Of a stretch of 64,000 bases of DNA, positions 18,916 through 30,319 are shown in pieces. A program made the translations under genes and the position numbers. The number at the start of each line of letters is the position of its first letter. Position 1 is the stretch's first letter. Under the pieces are notes generated by a model. It saw nothing but the letters and a program-made list of their open reading frames with translations. It had not been told where the DNA came from and ran no database searches. The DNA lies in NCBI GenBank assembly GCA_034439575.1, contig JAWXAQ010000020.1, forward strand, positions 1 to 64,000. The letters run 5' to 3'. Source of the DNA: Leptospira sp. (lineage in GTDB: Bacteria > Spirochaetota > Leptospiria > Leptospirales > Leptospiraceae).

Positions 18916-21900
18916 ATGGAATTTGTTACGATTGCTTCCGTCAAAGTTCCTGTTCTACCGAACAAGTCCTCCTTTCCTATTTTTCCTTCGAGTTTAGTTG
19001 AAACTGACTCTGTTAAGTCCACATTGCAAAAAATTCTTTATCCTATGTTGGAAGGGATACCCGTCCTCCTTGTGGGGGATGCGGGTGTAGGGAAAAACGC
19101 TTTAATTTATTATATCAACGCCAAAAGAAACCAACCCACGTTACGGTTCAGTTTTAATGAGGACACCTTACCAGAAGACCTTATCGGTTCCTATCGCATT
19201 CTTTTGGATGGGAAGGGATTTACTTGGTCCAATGGTCCACTTGCAAATGCACTTGGTGAGGGACTGAGTTTTGTAGCGGATGAAATGAATCTCTGTGCAC
19301 CAAATATCATCAAACGTTTTTCCAGTGTGTATGAGTCGACTTACTTAGATTTATTGGAAGGAAGTGGGGAACGGATTCTTGGTAAAACTGGTTTTTGGTT
19401 TATAGGCACACAAAATCCAAGCGAAGGATTTGAAGGACGGAAACCTCTTCCCTTTGATATCACCAAACACTTCGCAGTTGTTTATGTGGATCCATATTCA
19501 CCCGATGAGATGTTTTATATTTTGAAACACCTTTACAAAGATCTACCAGAAGAAGTCATAAAAAAAATAATTCGTGTTACCATCGAATCAGAAAATCGCA
19601 TCAAACGCGGAGAGATTGGCAAAGGCGATTTAGAAAAGTACCATTTTAATCTACGGACATTACAAAAATTCTGCAATCGTATCCGTAATTATGGAGCCAG
19701 TGACAATGCGATTGCGATCCGCGAAGCATTGTATTTATTCCAAGAACCATTTCGAAAGACAGAGGATCGTTCTATACAAAAAGATCTCATTGAATCTGAG
19801 TTTGGTGCGAGCATCAAATCTCGAACTACTAAGGGTTATGTGCAAGGTGGAACTATTTTTTGGAACGATAAAGAAATCAAAACTTGGGAAGAGAAAAAGA
19901 CGATTTCCATTTTGTCAAAATTTCCCACTCCAGAACCCATATTATTATTTTTGGACCAAGTGTTGACTGCGATTCATAATAAAGAAAATATTCTGATCGA
20001 ATTTAGAGAAGACCAAGACCCGCAAGAATTTTTGCCTTTGTTTACTGAACTTACGGGCATAACCATTGAGTCTGTAATGTTATCTAAGGGAATGCATACA
20101 TCTGATGTAGTGGGAGCACTCAAACCCATACAAGATGGGACAAATACAACAGTCAATTGGGTAGATGGCCCACTCACGCGCGCTATACGAAATGGTCAAA
20201 TCATACTCATTTCTGGGCTTGAATCGGCAGGAGCAGAACTTGTTGAAAAAATGAATATGCTTACTGATGACGCACGTTCTCTCGCTCTTCCGCCAGAGTC
20301 TGGTGAGTCCATTCCCATTTCCTTAAAAGAAACATCCATAGTGTTTGGACTAAAGACTTTTCGCACTTCAAAATCTGTATCTACTATTTCTCGTGCTTTT
20401 CGCAATCGTTTCACACCCATAATTTTCCCTGAATTAGAAGATGCAAAAGTCATAGAAGAACTGATTTCTTTTTATTTGCCAGAAGGCGTTTTGCCAAGGG
20501 CCATCGCTCGTTTTCATATGAAGGTGAAAGAGCTTGCTGAAAAGAGAACTATCGGTTCTGCAAATTTACAACCGTATCGATTTGGAATATCAAATCTTTT
20601 GAAATGGAAAAATCATATCTACAGGTACAATGAAAAGGACGTGCGGTCTGTTGCTTACCGTGGAGGAACGATCTATTATACAAATCAAATCAGTGATCCC
20701 AAAGAACGGGCAGAAGTCGAACGCCTGCTTGATGGGTATTTAAGTGGTGTTGAGGTCGTATCAGGACTCTTCGAGGAAATCGAAGAGAAAAAAAAAACTT
20801 TTACAGTAGAGACTAGTCTTGATAAAAAAAAATGGTGGGACCCTGAACTACATAAACGTGATCCCCTAACAGGAGAAGCACGAAAGTTAAACTCAGGCAA
20901 TGAGCTTAAACGCGGGATAGAAATCAATACTCCCGAGACAGGTGGCCAAGTAAAAGAAGGTGCTGATGCTTGGTATGGACAAGATACCCAAGGCAATATG
21001 GGACAAGGGGAACCTGCTGGTGGCGGTGGTGCTTGGGGCTACCGCACGGAAGAATTGTACAAACAATTTTTAAAAAAAAGACGGATACTTTGGGATTATT
21101 CCATCATGGTTGGACTTGATGAATTCAAAAAAGTATTTGGAAAAGAATTAGAAGAAGTTGAGCTCAACTTAGAACAGCTGTTTGATCCCGAAATTGACAT
21201 TCATAGAATGTATCGAAATGAAGGTTCACGTGTGGATGCGAGAAAATACATCTCGTACCGCAGTGGTAAAGGTGATACAAAGATCTTCGATAAGACCACT
21301 ATTCAAAAAAATGATGAAAAATTGAAAGGTGTAGAAGTCTCCTTTTTGCTCAGTAAATGCCGCCGAATTTTTAATTTTGAATATTCAATTGCTATGCTGA
21401 GTGCTCTACTTGTCAGCTTGCATGTATTAAATGAGCATGATATATCTACTAGTGTGAATAGTTTTTGTGATATCAAAAATTCAAAAGATACCATCGATAT
21501 TTTCAATTTGAAAAAAGCAGAGGAAGATTATACAGAAGAGAAAGAAGAAGAAATTTTTACAAACCTGTGCAAAAATTGGCATGGTGATTCAGTTCCTGAA
21601 CATCAACTTTTGTTAAACTGTGAAAAATATTTTTCTCCAGATGCCCAAACCAGGATATTAGTGATCCTATCGGATTTCCGTGGCCAGCGTGCTAAGGAAA
21701 AAATTGAGAACGAAATTGGGTCTTTCGAAAATCGTAAACTGAAAGAAGCTGTACTTAAAAACCAGGAAAAAAACTATGTCATTCTAGGGGTAGGACTAGG
21801 GTCACGCTACATTGCAGAGCACCTTTTTACGGATTCCCTTCAGATTACGGCAGATAACTTTTTTTCTATGCCCAATTTGATTGGAACTGAGATCGCAAGA

Positions 21901-21933
21901 CTCATCCAAATCCACCACTCACTGCGTTCATAA
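18916..21933 (+). CDS. Tandem AAA+ (MoxR/dynein-related AAA_5) ATPase with C-terminal VWA-like domain
   Basis: AAA1 Walker A GDAGVGKN and Walker B ADEMN; second degenerate AAA ([17 protein letters not shown]); Gly-rich linker; VWA-like end ([16 protein letters not shown]). Confidence 0.85.
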   Translation: MEFVTIASVKVPVLPNKSSFPIFPSSLVETDSVKSTLQKILYPMLEGIPVLLVGDAGVGKNALIYYINAKRNQPTLRFSFNEDTLPEDLIGSYRILLDGKGFTWSNGPLANALGEGLSFVADEMNLCAPNIIKRFSSVYESTYLDLLEGSGERILGKTGFWFIGTQNPSEGFEGRKPLPFDITKHFAVVYVDPYSPDEMFYILKHLYKDLPEEVIKKIIRVTIESENRIKRGEIGKGDLEKYHFNLRTLQKFCNRIRNYGASDNAIAIREALYLFQEPFRKTEDRSIQKDLIESEFGASIKSRTTKGYVQGGTIFWNDKEIKTWEEKKTISILSKFPTPEPILLFLDQVLTAIHNKENILIEFREDQDPQEFLPLFTELTGITIESVMLSKGMHTSDVVGALKPIQDGTNTTVNWVDGPLTRAIRNGQIILISGLESAGAELVEKMNMLTDDARSLALPPESGESIPISLKETSIVFGLKTFRTSKSVSTISRAFRNRFTPIIFPELEDAKVIEELISFYLPEGVLPRAIARFHMKVKELAEKRTIGSANLQPYRFGISNLLKWKNHIYRYNEKDVRSVAYRGGTIYYTNQISDPKERAEVERLLDGYLSGVEVVSGLFEEIEEKKKTFTVETSLDKKKWWDPELHKRDPLTGEARKLNSGNELKRGIEINTPETGGQVKEGADAWYGQDTQGNMGQGEPAGGGGAWGYRTEELYKQFLKKRRILWDYSIMVGLDEFKKVFGKELEEVELNLEQLFDPEIDIHRMYRNEGSRVDARKYISYRSGKGDTKIFDKTTIQKNDEKLKGVEVSFLLSKCRRIFNFEYSIAMLSALLVSLHVLNEHDISTSVNSFCDIKNSKDTIDIFNLKKAEEDYTEEKEEEIFTNLCKNWHGDSVPEHQLLLNCEKYFSPDAQTRILVILSDFRGQRAKEKIENEIGSFENRKLKEAVLKNQEKNYVILGVGLGSRYIAEHLFTDSLQITADNFFSMPNLIGTEIARLIQIHHSLRS

Positions 21934-21934
21934 T

Positions 21935-22423
21935 ATGGGAAAAACAAATAAGGACGATAAACCGAGAGCCACTGATCCGCTCATAAATAAAAAAGCCAAG
22001 TTCAACTTTGAACTGATGGAGTTTTATGAAGCAGGAATTGTGCTTACTGGTTCAGAAGTTAAGTCACTCCGTGAGAAAAAAGGAAATCTAACGGATTGTT
22101 TTGCCAAGGTTCGCAATCATGAAGTGTTTTTAGAAAACTTTCAAATTCCACCCTACATAAATGGTGGCTATGCGAACCATCCAGAAATTCGTCCACGTAA
22201 ATTATTGTTAAAGGCGAAGGAAATTGTAAAAATTGACCGTGCCATGAGAGAGAAGGGACTTGTACTCATTGCAACACGCTGTTATTTTAAAAACAATCGT
22301 TTGGTGAAGGTGGAAGTAGCTCTTGCAAAACCTAAAAAACTTTACGACAAACGTGAAGACATCCAAAAGAAAGAAGCCAAAATCGAAATCGAAAGAGCAG
22401 TTAAGGAAAAATTAAGAAGATGA
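21935..22423 (+). CDS. smpB: SsrA-binding protein SmpB
   Basis: [36 protein letters not shown]; start at ATG 21935, right after the upstream stop. Confidence 0.96.
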   Translation: MGKTNKDDKPRATDPLINKKAKFNFELMEFYEAGIVLTGSEVKSLREKKGNLTDCFAKVRNHEVFLENFQIPPYINGGYANHPEIRPRKLLLKAKEIVKIDRAMREKGLVLIATRCYFKNNRLVKVEVALAKPKKLYDKREDIQKKEAKIEIERAVKEKLRR

Positions 22424-23799
22424 AAGGTCTACCGATCGTATCCATTGTCGGAAGACAAAATGTTGGAAAATCCACGCTCTTTAATGCGATTCTCCGAGCC
22501 CAAAGTGCCATTACGGAAAATACAGCAGGTGTCACTCGGGACGTATTGCAAAAGTTAGTTGAAAGGTCTGAGTTTAAATCTCCCTTTTATCTATGTGACA
22601 CACCAGGGCTTGATATAGAAAATCTTGATGAGATCAATACAGAAATCATCGAGATAGCTTTCGAACATTTGCGCAAATCAGATCTTATCATTCATGTAAT
22701 GGATCATAAAGATTTACGACCCTATGATCATAAGCTTATTGATTTACTAAAAAGAGATGATGTTTTAAAAGATATTCCTGTTTTATCTGTTGTCAATAAA
22801 GTTGATACGGATTTAGACGAATATGATTTAGAGCCTTTTTACCAATTGGGATTAATTGAAATTGTGCCTATAGCGGCTGTTGGGCGAAGAAATTTTTCCA
22901 TACTTTATGACAAGATCAATTTACTTCTCCCAAAAACTGGGAAAAAACCGGATGATCCTTTTTGCCGTATTGCTATCATTGGAAAACCAAATTCCGGTAA
23001 GTCGAGCCTCTTGAATGCCTTCCTTGGATATAAACGTGCAGTTGTGAGTGAAGTTCCAGGCACAACTCGTGATACAGTCCACAGCCAATTTATGTTCCAA
23101 GAAAAAAAAATTGAGATCATTGATACCGCTGGGATTCGAAGAAAATCCAAGTCAGGGGAAAGTCTCGAATTTTATTCTTACAAAAGAACCTTATTTGCCT
23201 TAGGTGAAGCAGATGTTGTGATATTACTTATTGATGCCGTAAAAGGACTCGGTGAGTTTGATAAAAAGATTTTTGGCGAAATCCAGGATATGGGTAAGCC
23301 TATGATCCTTGCCGTTAACAAATGGGATGCGGTAAAAGAGAAAGAGACCAATTCTTGGAAGGCTTACAAAGAAAAATTGGAAGCTAGATTGCCGATTTTA
23401 AAAGAGCGCCCGATCACCTCCCTTTCTGCCACGGAAAAACTTAGGACTCACAAACTCTTAGAACTAACCATCGAATTGTTCATTAAATCCCAGAAAAAGC
23501 TGACAACTCGTGCCTTAAATGACTGGCTAAGCAAGTGGGGGGGAAAAAATAGAGTTCAGAAGGCATCGAATCGACCTCCAAAGGTGTATTATGCCACCCA
23601 GGTCTCTCAGGTTCCTTTTAAATTGCTTTTTTTTGTGAATGATTCTAAACTCTTTCCGTCGAATATTTTATCTTTCTTCCGAAAGAATATAGTAAGCGAT
23701 TTTGGTTTGGAAGGCTTAAGCCTTGAAATCGAACTTCGGAATCGGAACGAAACTAAGGAGGGCCCAAATGATGATACTTCTCCCCGCAATCCTCGCTAG
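22420..23799 (+). CDS. der: Ribosome biogenesis GTPase Der (EngA)
   Basis: Two G domains ([21 protein letters not shown] and [21 protein letters not shown]) plus KH-like tail. Confidence 0.96.
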   Translation: MKGLPIVSIVGRQNVGKSTLFNAILRAQSAITENTAGVTRDVLQKLVERSEFKSPFYLCDTPGLDIENLDEINTEIIEIAFEHLRKSDLIIHVMDHKDLRPYDHKLIDLLKRDDVLKDIPVLSVVNKVDTDLDEYDLEPFYQLGLIEIVPIAAVGRRNFSILYDKINLLLPKTGKKPDDPFCRIAIIGKPNSGKSSLLNAFLGYKRAVVSEVPGTTRDTVHSQFMFQEKKIEIIDTAGIRRKSKSGESLEFYSYKRTLFALGEADVVILLIDAVKGLGEFDKKIFGEIQDMGKPMILAVNKWDAVKEKETNSWKAYKEKLEARLPILKERPITSLSATEKLRTHKLLELTIELFIKSQKKLTTRALNDWLSKWGGKNRVQKASNRPPKVYYATQVSQVPFKLLFFVNDSKLFPSNILSFFRKNIVSDFGLEGLSLEIELRNRNETKEGPNDDTSPRNPR

Positions 23800-24394
23800 T
23801 TATATCATAGGCGGAATTCCTATCGGATTTCTGATCGCTAAAAAAATAAAGGGCATAGACCTACGGGAACATGGAAGTAAAAACATCGGTGCCACAAATG
23901 TGGGTCGTGTGATCGGTTGGAAGTATGGCGTCATAGTCTTATTTCTTGATGCCTTGAAAGGTGCGATTCCTGTTTATTTCGCAAGTTTTATTGACTCACC
24001 CTACACCTTAACAACCACGCAAATTTTACTTGGAACCATGGCGATCCTTGGTCATACATACACTCCGTTTCTTTCCTTTAAAGGGGGAAAGGGGGTTGCG
24101 ACAGCTCTCGGTGTCTATATGACCCTTGTTCCATTTGTTACCGTATGTGCTGTTGTTATATTTGTAGTCGTTTATAAAGTGAGTGGTTTTGTTTCTTTGG
24201 GATCTATCATTGCTACTCTTTCCATGCCGATTTGGTATCTGGGCCTTGTCAAATTTTTACCTGGTTCCGAATATTCACCTGTTATCTTTCTTGTTCTCAT
24301 TGCTACTTTTTTTCTCATCGCCTTCTCTCATCGTGAAAACATCAAACGCATGTTACAAGGTAAAGAATTGAAGGCGATTCGGAATGCAAATTGA
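23768..24394 (+). CDS. plsY: Glycerol-3-phosphate acyltransferase PlsY
   Basis: GSKNIGATN, DALKG, GHTY, FKGGKGVAT, HRENIKR. Confidence 0.95.
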   Translation: MMILLPAILASYIIGGIPIGFLIAKKIKGIDLREHGSKNIGATNVGRVIGWKYGVIVLFLDALKGAIPVYFASFIDSPYTLTTTQILLGTMAILGHTYTPFLSFKGGKGVATALGVYMTLVPFVTVCAVVIFVVVYKVSGFVSLGSIIATLSMPIWYLGLVKFLPGSEYSPVIFLVLIATFFLIAFSHRENIKRMLQGKELKAIRNAN

Positions 24395-25013
24395 ACGCGA
24401 ATCAATACTTTCTCAAAAAGAAAAACTTTTCTTAATCACAAAATTTACAGAAGAACATCCAGAAGCTGACATCCAAGATTTTTATAAATGGTTGTACTTC
24501 GGCGAATTCGGAGTGGAAGAATTCAATAATCTTTTAGCGGCTAATAAACAAATCCCTGAACTCCATGTCCTTCTCGCTGAAATCAAAAAAGAAGCAAGTC
24601 TCGGTCACTCAAATGCAAAATTATGGGAGCCTTTAGGTGTCTCCGCAAGGTTTATTAAAGTATTTGTTTCTCCCTTTTATCTGCATGATTGTCCTGTGAA
24701 ACGACTCGTCAATTTGATTGAACGATCTCCTGCATTCCGTGGAGCTAGAATGACTTTCAAATTGGATTGGAACACGTTGAAAGAAGTCGTCATCGAACTT
24801 AGGCCAGATATCACAAGGCGAGATTTTATTAATTTCGAAGAACGAATCAACTTTCACCAATTGCCTGAGTTAAAGTTCACTGAAAAGTTTGAAGAAAAAA
24901 ATCCTTACCATTATAGAGTTGTCTCACAAAAATTATTTTTTGACTATTTTCCTGAATTCATAGATGAAACCATCTTTCATCCCTTCACTCAAAACCAATC
25001 ATTGATTGGATAA
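24384..25013 (+). CDS. Conserved-looking hypothetical protein
   Basis: 209-aa ORF overlapping the plsY stop; QDFYKWLY..EFG and YRVV motifs. Confidence 0.7.
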   Translation: MQIERESILSQKEKLFLITKFTEEHPEADIQDFYKWLYFGEFGVEEFNNLLAANKQIPELHVLLAEIKKEASLGHSNAKLWEPLGVSARFIKVFVSPFYLHDCPVKRLVNLIERSPAFRGARMTFKLDWNTLKEVVIELRPDITRRDFINFEERINFHQLPELKFTEKFEEKNPYHYRVVSQKLFFDYFPEFIDETIFHPFTQNQSLIG

Positions 25014-26827
25014 ATGCTTCTTTTGAGATAATGAATTTCCTTTTTTAAGGATTGGATAAGGATGCCGTTTTTTCTTTCTAATGCTAAATCTCTATGCCTT
25101 AGTAAATAAATTTCAGTTTTTCTGACCATTCGCCTAAGATAGGTTTGATTTTTTAACCAGGACCAAAGTGGTGAAGTTTGTAAATCTAATATTTTTAAGT
25201 CTTCATTGTCCCAAGATTTCATTTCACTTTCTACGAATTTTAAATCATTTTGGATTTCATGATGTAGGGCTTTTGCTTTTTGGTCCAAGCCCCGCTTTGG
25301 TGGGTGATTAATTTTTAAATATTTCCAAGCATCAAATTGAAGCCAAGGGTAATTGTGGTCTTCTTTTAATAATAGATTTGCGATACCTATTTCTGGATTT
25401 ACGTTTTGAAATCCTTCGATAATGGCACCATCTTCATTTAAATTCACAAGTTTGATGTTTACGCTTCTTGCTGATTCTTCAAACCAATGACGGTACAATT
25501 CCAAAACGTAGTCGGTTAAAACAGTTTTGCCATTACATGAGGGGACTTCTTTTGTTTCTCTTTTGCGGATAATAACTTCATTGATACGTTCCAAACTCTG
25601 TTTACGGTTAACTAAGGTTAACCATTTTTCATTGTGATGTGTTCCGGTAGAATGAATTTCCCTGCCCGAATACGCAAGGTCTTGGCCCACAAAATAGATT
25701 TCTTCAAATCCCATATATCGCAGCATATCAAATGCCGTTGTCGCTACACTCCCACCTGATTGGATATCACCGACATTTTCAAAAATAGATGATGCTAGTT
25801 CCCCGCCTGCTGTCACTTCCCGGACAAGATTGCCTTCCGCATCAACTTGGAATTTGGCAGTCACGGAATGAATGACGGATTGGAAAATCGGTTCTCGAAG
25901 CAGGGTCGGTGAACTGACCAAGTCTGCAAAAAGTGGGATGTTTTTTAAGTCTTCACCCATAAAATGAAAAAAACTATTTGTTTGGGCATCTAATGTGACC
26001 ACACCATCGGGGATAATCCCTGCCTTTAATAATACTTTTAAAGATGTATCACAAGATAAAATAAATACTTTATCTCTGATTTTACGAATCACTGGAATGT
26101 TTTTACGAAGGCTTGGACCAGCTGATACGAGTAAAGCGCTATGGCCTTTTAGTTTGTCTTGTAAATCAGATATTTGGAATCGATAGGGTGGGGTTTTTGC
26201 CACATTCAATAAATTCCATATAGAATTTTTAATCCATAGTCTTTCAAATTCGAATTTGGTGAGTAGGTCACTCATTTTCGCAGAGAAGACGGATTGGATT
26301 CTGGATTCAGTTTCGTTATAAAAATTTGTCCGACTCGTATCACCTTGATTACGAATCACTTTGAGGCCACTTACTCTTTCAATGGGAAGGGCTTCTATAT
26401 AGTTCATTCCCATGCCGAGGAAAGATTCGCCTGCAAATATATGCCGACCTGGAACAGATAAGACTTCTTTTAGTATAGGTTCCCATAACAGAGGTACAAT
26501 GGCCCCGTCATCACCTAGCATGATAAAGATTTGGCCCGGTTTGATTTTATCATTGATACGTGTGATGAGTTGTGGATTGCCTAGTCCAAAAAGTACAATC
26601 ACATCCGTCTCTTTTATGTTATGTGATTCAAGTAATCGCTCTGCCTGTTTGTCTGGTGCAAATTTTGAGGAGAGGGCTTCTCCCTTATATGAGACATAAT
26701 ACTCTAATTGCCCTTTGATGGGAATTATGTCCCATAATTTTCTTGTCTCCCAATTTTGGAAATAATTTCGCAAGTAGGGTTTTCGTTCGAAAATTTTACT
26801 GGAAATGGTATCGTTAATTTGGGACAT
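24989..26827 (-). CDS. Motility-associated factor (Maf, DUF115/MptE-like) flagellin glycosyltransferase family protein
   Basis: SAGPSLRKN, GIIPDGVVTLD, GGSVAT, FVGQDLAY, H-x-x-G motifs. Confidence 0.85.
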   Translation of the reverse strand: MSQINDTISSKIFERKPYLRNYFQNWETRKLWDIIPIKGQLEYYVSYKGEALSSKFAPDKQAERLLESHNIKETDVIVLFGLGNPQLITRINDKIKPGQIFIMLGDDGAIVPLLWEPILKEVLSVPGRHIFAGESFLGMGMNYIEALPIERVSGLKVIRNQGDTSRTNFYNETESRIQSVFSAKMSDLLTKFEFERLWIKNSIWNLLNVAKTPPYRFQISDLQDKLKGHSALLVSAGPSLRKNIPVIRKIRDKVFILSCDTSLKVLLKAGIIPDGVVTLDAQTNSFFHFMGEDLKNIPLFADLVSSPTLLREPIFQSVIHSVTAKFQVDAEGNLVREVTAGGELASSIFENVGDIQSGGSVATTAFDMLRYMGFEEIYFVGQDLAYSGREIHSTGTHHNEKWLTLVNRKQSLERINEVIIRKRETKEVPSCNGKTVLTDYVLELYRHWFEESARSVNIKLVNLNEDGAIIEGFQNVNPEIGIANLLLKEDHNYPWLQFDAWKYLKINHPPKRGLDQKAKALHHEIQNDLKFVESEMKSWDNEDLKILDLQTSPLWSWLKNQTYLRRMVRKTEIYLLRHRDLALERKNGILIQSLKKEIHYLKRSIYPINDWF

Positions 26828-26904
26828 AATACTATCTAAAGTTTTTTCTTATGTCTCCCAATGTCTGTCAACTGGGAAACAACAGAGAATTAGAAAGACA
26901 AACT

Positions 26905-29685
26905 ATGCACCTAAAAAGCCTGAATATTGTTGGATTTAAAACCTTCGCTGATGAAACAGAAATTACCTTTGATCCGGGCTTCACAGCCGTGGTCGGACCT
27001 AATGGTTGTGGGAAATCAAATATTGTCGATTCTGTTAAGTGGGTTTTTGGCGAAAAAAGTGCCAAGGGTCTTCGTGGTGAAAAGATGGATGATGTCATCT
27101 TCCACGGAACAGAGAGCAGGCGAGCCGCAGGATTTTCTGAAGTTTCGATTCTTTTTGATAATGCCGACCGGTATTTTAATATCGATTATCCTTCTGTAAA
27201 AATTACAAGAAGGCTCTATCCTGACGGCGAAAATGAATATTATTTAAACGATATCCGTTCTGCACGTAAAGATGTAGAAAAAGCCTTACTTGATACAGGT
27301 ATTGGTAAATCCAGTTATTCTATTTTAGAGCAAGGTCGCGTAGACCAGATACTCAATTCAAAACCAGAAGAGAGAAGGGCCATTTTTGAAGAGGCCGCAG
27401 GTGTGTCTCGATTCAAACTCGATCGCAAAGATGCGATGAAAAAACTGGATGATACAAATCAAAACCTTCTTCGCATCCAAGATATTATGAGTTCCATGTT
27501 AAAAGAAATGGAAGTCAAAGAAAAACAATCGGAAAAAGCTGAAACTTATTTTAAACTTAAACAAGACTTAGACGAATCAGATAAAAATCTTCGTTATTTG
27601 AAACTCACTGATTACAAAAAGAGAATGAAAAAATCGGACGAAGATCTGCAAGAGATTCGAGATAAAAATAAAAATCTACTTTCCATGATTCAAACCGAAA
27701 CCACACAAATTTCGGATAAAGAAAAAATTAAAGAAAGTAAAGAACGTGAAATTGCAGACATAGATAAAAAACTTTTTGATCATTTAAGTCGCACACAAAT
27801 CCAAAAAGAAAAAATCGCAAAGAATAAAACCTTTATTGCTGAATACGATGTTCGTCTAAACGAAATTAAAACTCTTCTCGAAGAAGAGAACAGTGCACTA
27901 ACTAAAATTGACCATGAGAAAAAAGACATTGATACCGAAGTCGGACATGAAAGAGAAGTCCAAACGATAGTCGGCAATCAAATTCTTAATTTAGTTGAAT
28001 CCAAAAACTCCATAGAAGCTAAAATCAAAGCGGAAGAGGAAAGTATCCGCGAAAAAGAAATTAGAATTTCAGAAAATGAAAAACGCCATATAACACTCAG
28101 AGAAAAACAAAAACAGATCATCCAAGAGTTGATCCAAGAACTAGAAAATAAGAAAAAAGAATCTCAGGCGAATGAAGAAAAAAGGAATGAAGATAAATCC
28201 TTACTCATTTCTTCCATTGAAGCATACCAAATGCATTTGGAGAAGGCCTTATCTTCTGTGAACCTTGGCAATGCGGCGAATACAACTCAGATTCTGAATC
28301 AAATCAACTTAAACGAATATAAAGGCAGATTGATAGTATTTTTAGCATCAGAAGACAGATTTCGTGATTTGTTATTTGATAAAGACGGAGTGCTTTCCAA
28401 AAAAGAAATCGTAGATCAAGACATAGAAGACTTACTTTTAGAGAATGAAAACTTCACACGAAATATCCGTGAAAGCCAAACTGCTATTGTCAATTATAGA
28501 ACCAATTTGGATGAAACAAGAAACTCCATCGTCGAAATGGAAAAACGTATGTTGGAAACTCAATCTAAGATTGAGAATTACGCACGCCATAAAAATGACC
28601 TAGATTCTCGACTCTTAGAGATTCAAAAACGAATTAATCAAACAAAAGAGCAAGATGATGGGATCCGTGGGAAACGAGATTTTCTTGATAAAGAAGTGAT
28701 CTCTCTTGAAAAAGAAATTGAAGAATCATACCAAGAATTTCTTTCTATGAGTAAACTTTTGGAATCCGAAAAGGAAACCTTACAGAAGTTACTCGAAGAA
28801 ATCCAAGGTTTAAAATCCAATATATCCAAAAACCAAGAAGTTTTTCAGACCTTATTGCCATTACTTTCAGAAAAAGAAAGATTATCATCTGGACTCAAAG
28901 TTCAAATCGATTCTTTGATCGAAGAGTTGTACAATGATTATTCGATCACTGATACAGAATTGGAAGTTGAAAAAAGAGAATTGAGTTTAGACCATAAATT
29001 TGAAGAACGTAAACTCCGAAGTTCCAAATCTGAAATTCAGATGCTTGGTTCTATAAACCCACTTGCGATAGAAGAATATAGAAATATCAAAGAAATATTC
29101 GAACACAATCAAAAACAAAAAACTGACATTGAAAGTTCAAAGCGAGATATAGAAGAAGTATTGAAACGAATCAATGAAGAATCAGAAAAATTGTTTCAAG
29201 AAACCTTTGAAAAAATAAAAGCCAATTTCCAGGAAACTTTTTCCACATTATTTAATGGGGGACGAGCCACTTTAGAACTCACAGAAAAAGAAGACTCATT
29301 GAATTCTGGTGTGGAAATTATGGCTGAGCCTCCAGGTAAACATGTTCAAAACTTGCGATTGTTATCCGGTGGAGAAAAATCATTAACCGCCATAGCTCTG
29401 TTATTTGCAATTTATATGGTAAAACCAAGTCCATTTTGCTTTTTAGACGAGATCGATGCCGCCCTGGATGAAGCAAACAAACTTAGATTCTGTCAGATTT
29501 TGGACAGGTTCAAAGACAAAACGCAGTTTATCGTGGTTTCACACGCGCAATCGACCATCTCCCGTGCCAATGCGATCTTTGGTGTCACTAACGAAGAACC
29601 AGGGATATCAAAGATTGTTTCTTTAAGATTGGATGAGGCGAAATCGTTTACAAAACAATTGCCAAAAACAGGAACAGACGAATAA
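26905..29685 (+). CDS. smc: Chromosome segregation protein SMC (short form, about 926 aa)
   Basis: [18 protein letters not shown]-loop, FEEAAG, long coiled coil, [14 protein letters not shown]. Confidence 0.92.
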   Translation: MHLKSLNIVGFKTFADETEITFDPGFTAVVGPNGCGKSNIVDSVKWVFGEKSAKGLRGEKMDDVIFHGTESRRAAGFSEVSILFDNADRYFNIDYPSVKITRRLYPDGENEYYLNDIRSARKDVEKALLDTGIGKSSYSILEQGRVDQILNSKPEERRAIFEEAAGVSRFKLDRKDAMKKLDDTNQNLLRIQDIMSSMLKEMEVKEKQSEKAETYFKLKQDLDESDKNLRYLKLTDYKKRMKKSDEDLQEIRDKNKNLLSMIQTETTQISDKEKIKESKEREIADIDKKLFDHLSRTQIQKEKIAKNKTFIAEYDVRLNEIKTLLEEENSALTKIDHEKKDIDTEVGHEREVQTIVGNQILNLVESKNSIEAKIKAEEESIREKEIRISENEKRHITLREKQKQIIQELIQELENKKKESQANEEKRNEDKSLLISSIEAYQMHLEKALSSVNLGNAANTTQILNQINLNEYKGRLIVFLASEDRFRDLLFDKDGVLSKKEIVDQDIEDLLLENENFTRNIRESQTAIVNYRTNLDETRNSIVEMEKRMLETQSKIENYARHKNDLDSRLLEIQKRINQTKEQDDGIRGKRDFLDKEVISLEKEIEESYQEFLSMSKLLESEKETLQKLLEEIQGLKSNISKNQEVFQTLLPLLSEKERLSSGLKVQIDSLIEELYNDYSITDTELEVEKRELSLDHKFEERKLRSSKSEIQMLGSINPLAIEEYRNIKEIFEHNQKQKTDIESSKRDIEEVLKRINEESEKLFQETFEKIKANFQETFSTLFNGGRATLELTEKEDSLNSGVEIMAEPPGKHVQNLRLLSGGEKSLTAIALLFAIYMVKPSPFCFLDEIDAALDEANKLRFCQILDRFKDKTQFIVVSHAQSTISRANAIFGVTNEEPGISKIVSLRLDEAKSFTKQLPKTGTDE

Positions 29686-29712
29686 GAGAAATTTAAGGAA
29701 ATGCCATTTAAT

Positions 29713-29747
29713 AAAAAAAAACCTCCCGCAAGATAGGGAGGTTTTTT
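29713..29747. terminator. Bidirectional Rho-independent terminator
   Basis: AAAAAACCTCCC-gcaagata-GGGAGGTTTTTT between convergent smc and the Cys-rich ORF. Confidence 0.85.
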
Positions 29748-29772
29748 AACCGAAGTTAAATTTTGATTTCTT

Positions 29773-30063
29773 TTACTTCATGCCTTGCATTTCTTTCATG
29801 ATGCATGAACTGAATGTTTTACAATCACTACCTTGGCTGAGACAACCAGAGATTTTATTGTAATACTTTGCTTTATTGCAATTGAAATCGCAACCTTTAC
29901 GAAGCATATTCTTTTGTTCTTCGGTCGCATTTGGTTGAACTGTCAAAGTGCAGCTATAATATTTATCGCATGCTTCTTTGCATTTTGGAAAATCAGCGGC
30001 TGTGAGCCCGCTTGTGAAGAGTAGGAGCAAGGCTCCAGAAAACACTAACAATGTTTTTTTCAT
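29773..30063 (-). CDS. Small secreted Cys-rich protein (8 Cys, Leptospira-type)
   Basis: Signal peptide; CKEACDKYYSC...CDFNC...CL...C...C; GAGGA RBS. Confidence 0.8.
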   Translation of the reverse strand: MKKTLLVFSGALLLLFTSGLTAADFPKCKEACDKYYSCTLTVQPNATEEQKNMLRKGCDFNCNKAKYYNKISGCLSQGSDCKTFSSCIMKEMQGMK

Positions 30064-30083
30064 AGTTTTGTTCCTCTCGATCT

Positions 30084-30160
30084 TGGTAGCGAAGACGGGA
30101 GTCGAACCCGTGACCTCAGGGTTATGAATCCTGTGCTCTAACCATCTGAGCTACCTCGCC
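30084..30160 (-). tRNA. tRNA with CAT anticodon, most likely elongator tRNA-Met
   Basis: Reverse complement GGCGAGGTAGCTCAGATGGTTAGAGCACAGGATTCATAACCCTGAGGTCACGGGTTCGACTCCCGTCTTCGCTACCA folds as a cloverleaf with encoded CCA and lacks initiator hallmarks. Confidence 0.95.
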
Positions 30161-30283
30161 CTAACCATTAGATCGTTTGGTAAGACTAAATCTTTAGTCT
30201 TATTCGCCATTTTTTCTGGGCTTTAGTCTCGGTAAAGGAAAAATCAGATTGAGAGAATTGGGAACAGAGAGCAGTAAATGTAC

Positions 30284-30314
30284 AAAAAAAACCCCCGTGT
30301 GAACGAGGGCTTTT
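30284..30314 (-). terminator. Rho-independent terminator of glnA
   Basis: Minus strand GCCCTCGT-TCAC-ACGGGGGT followed by a T run, just after the glnA stop. Confidence 0.75.
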
Positions 30315-30319
30315 CTTTT

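Noticed and set aside
21935-22423. tmRNA (ssrA) next to smpB
   Set aside because: No intergenic space on either side
30084-30160. tRNA(CAT) as an island integration site
   Set aside because: No duplicated 3' end or integrase seen; flanks are core genes
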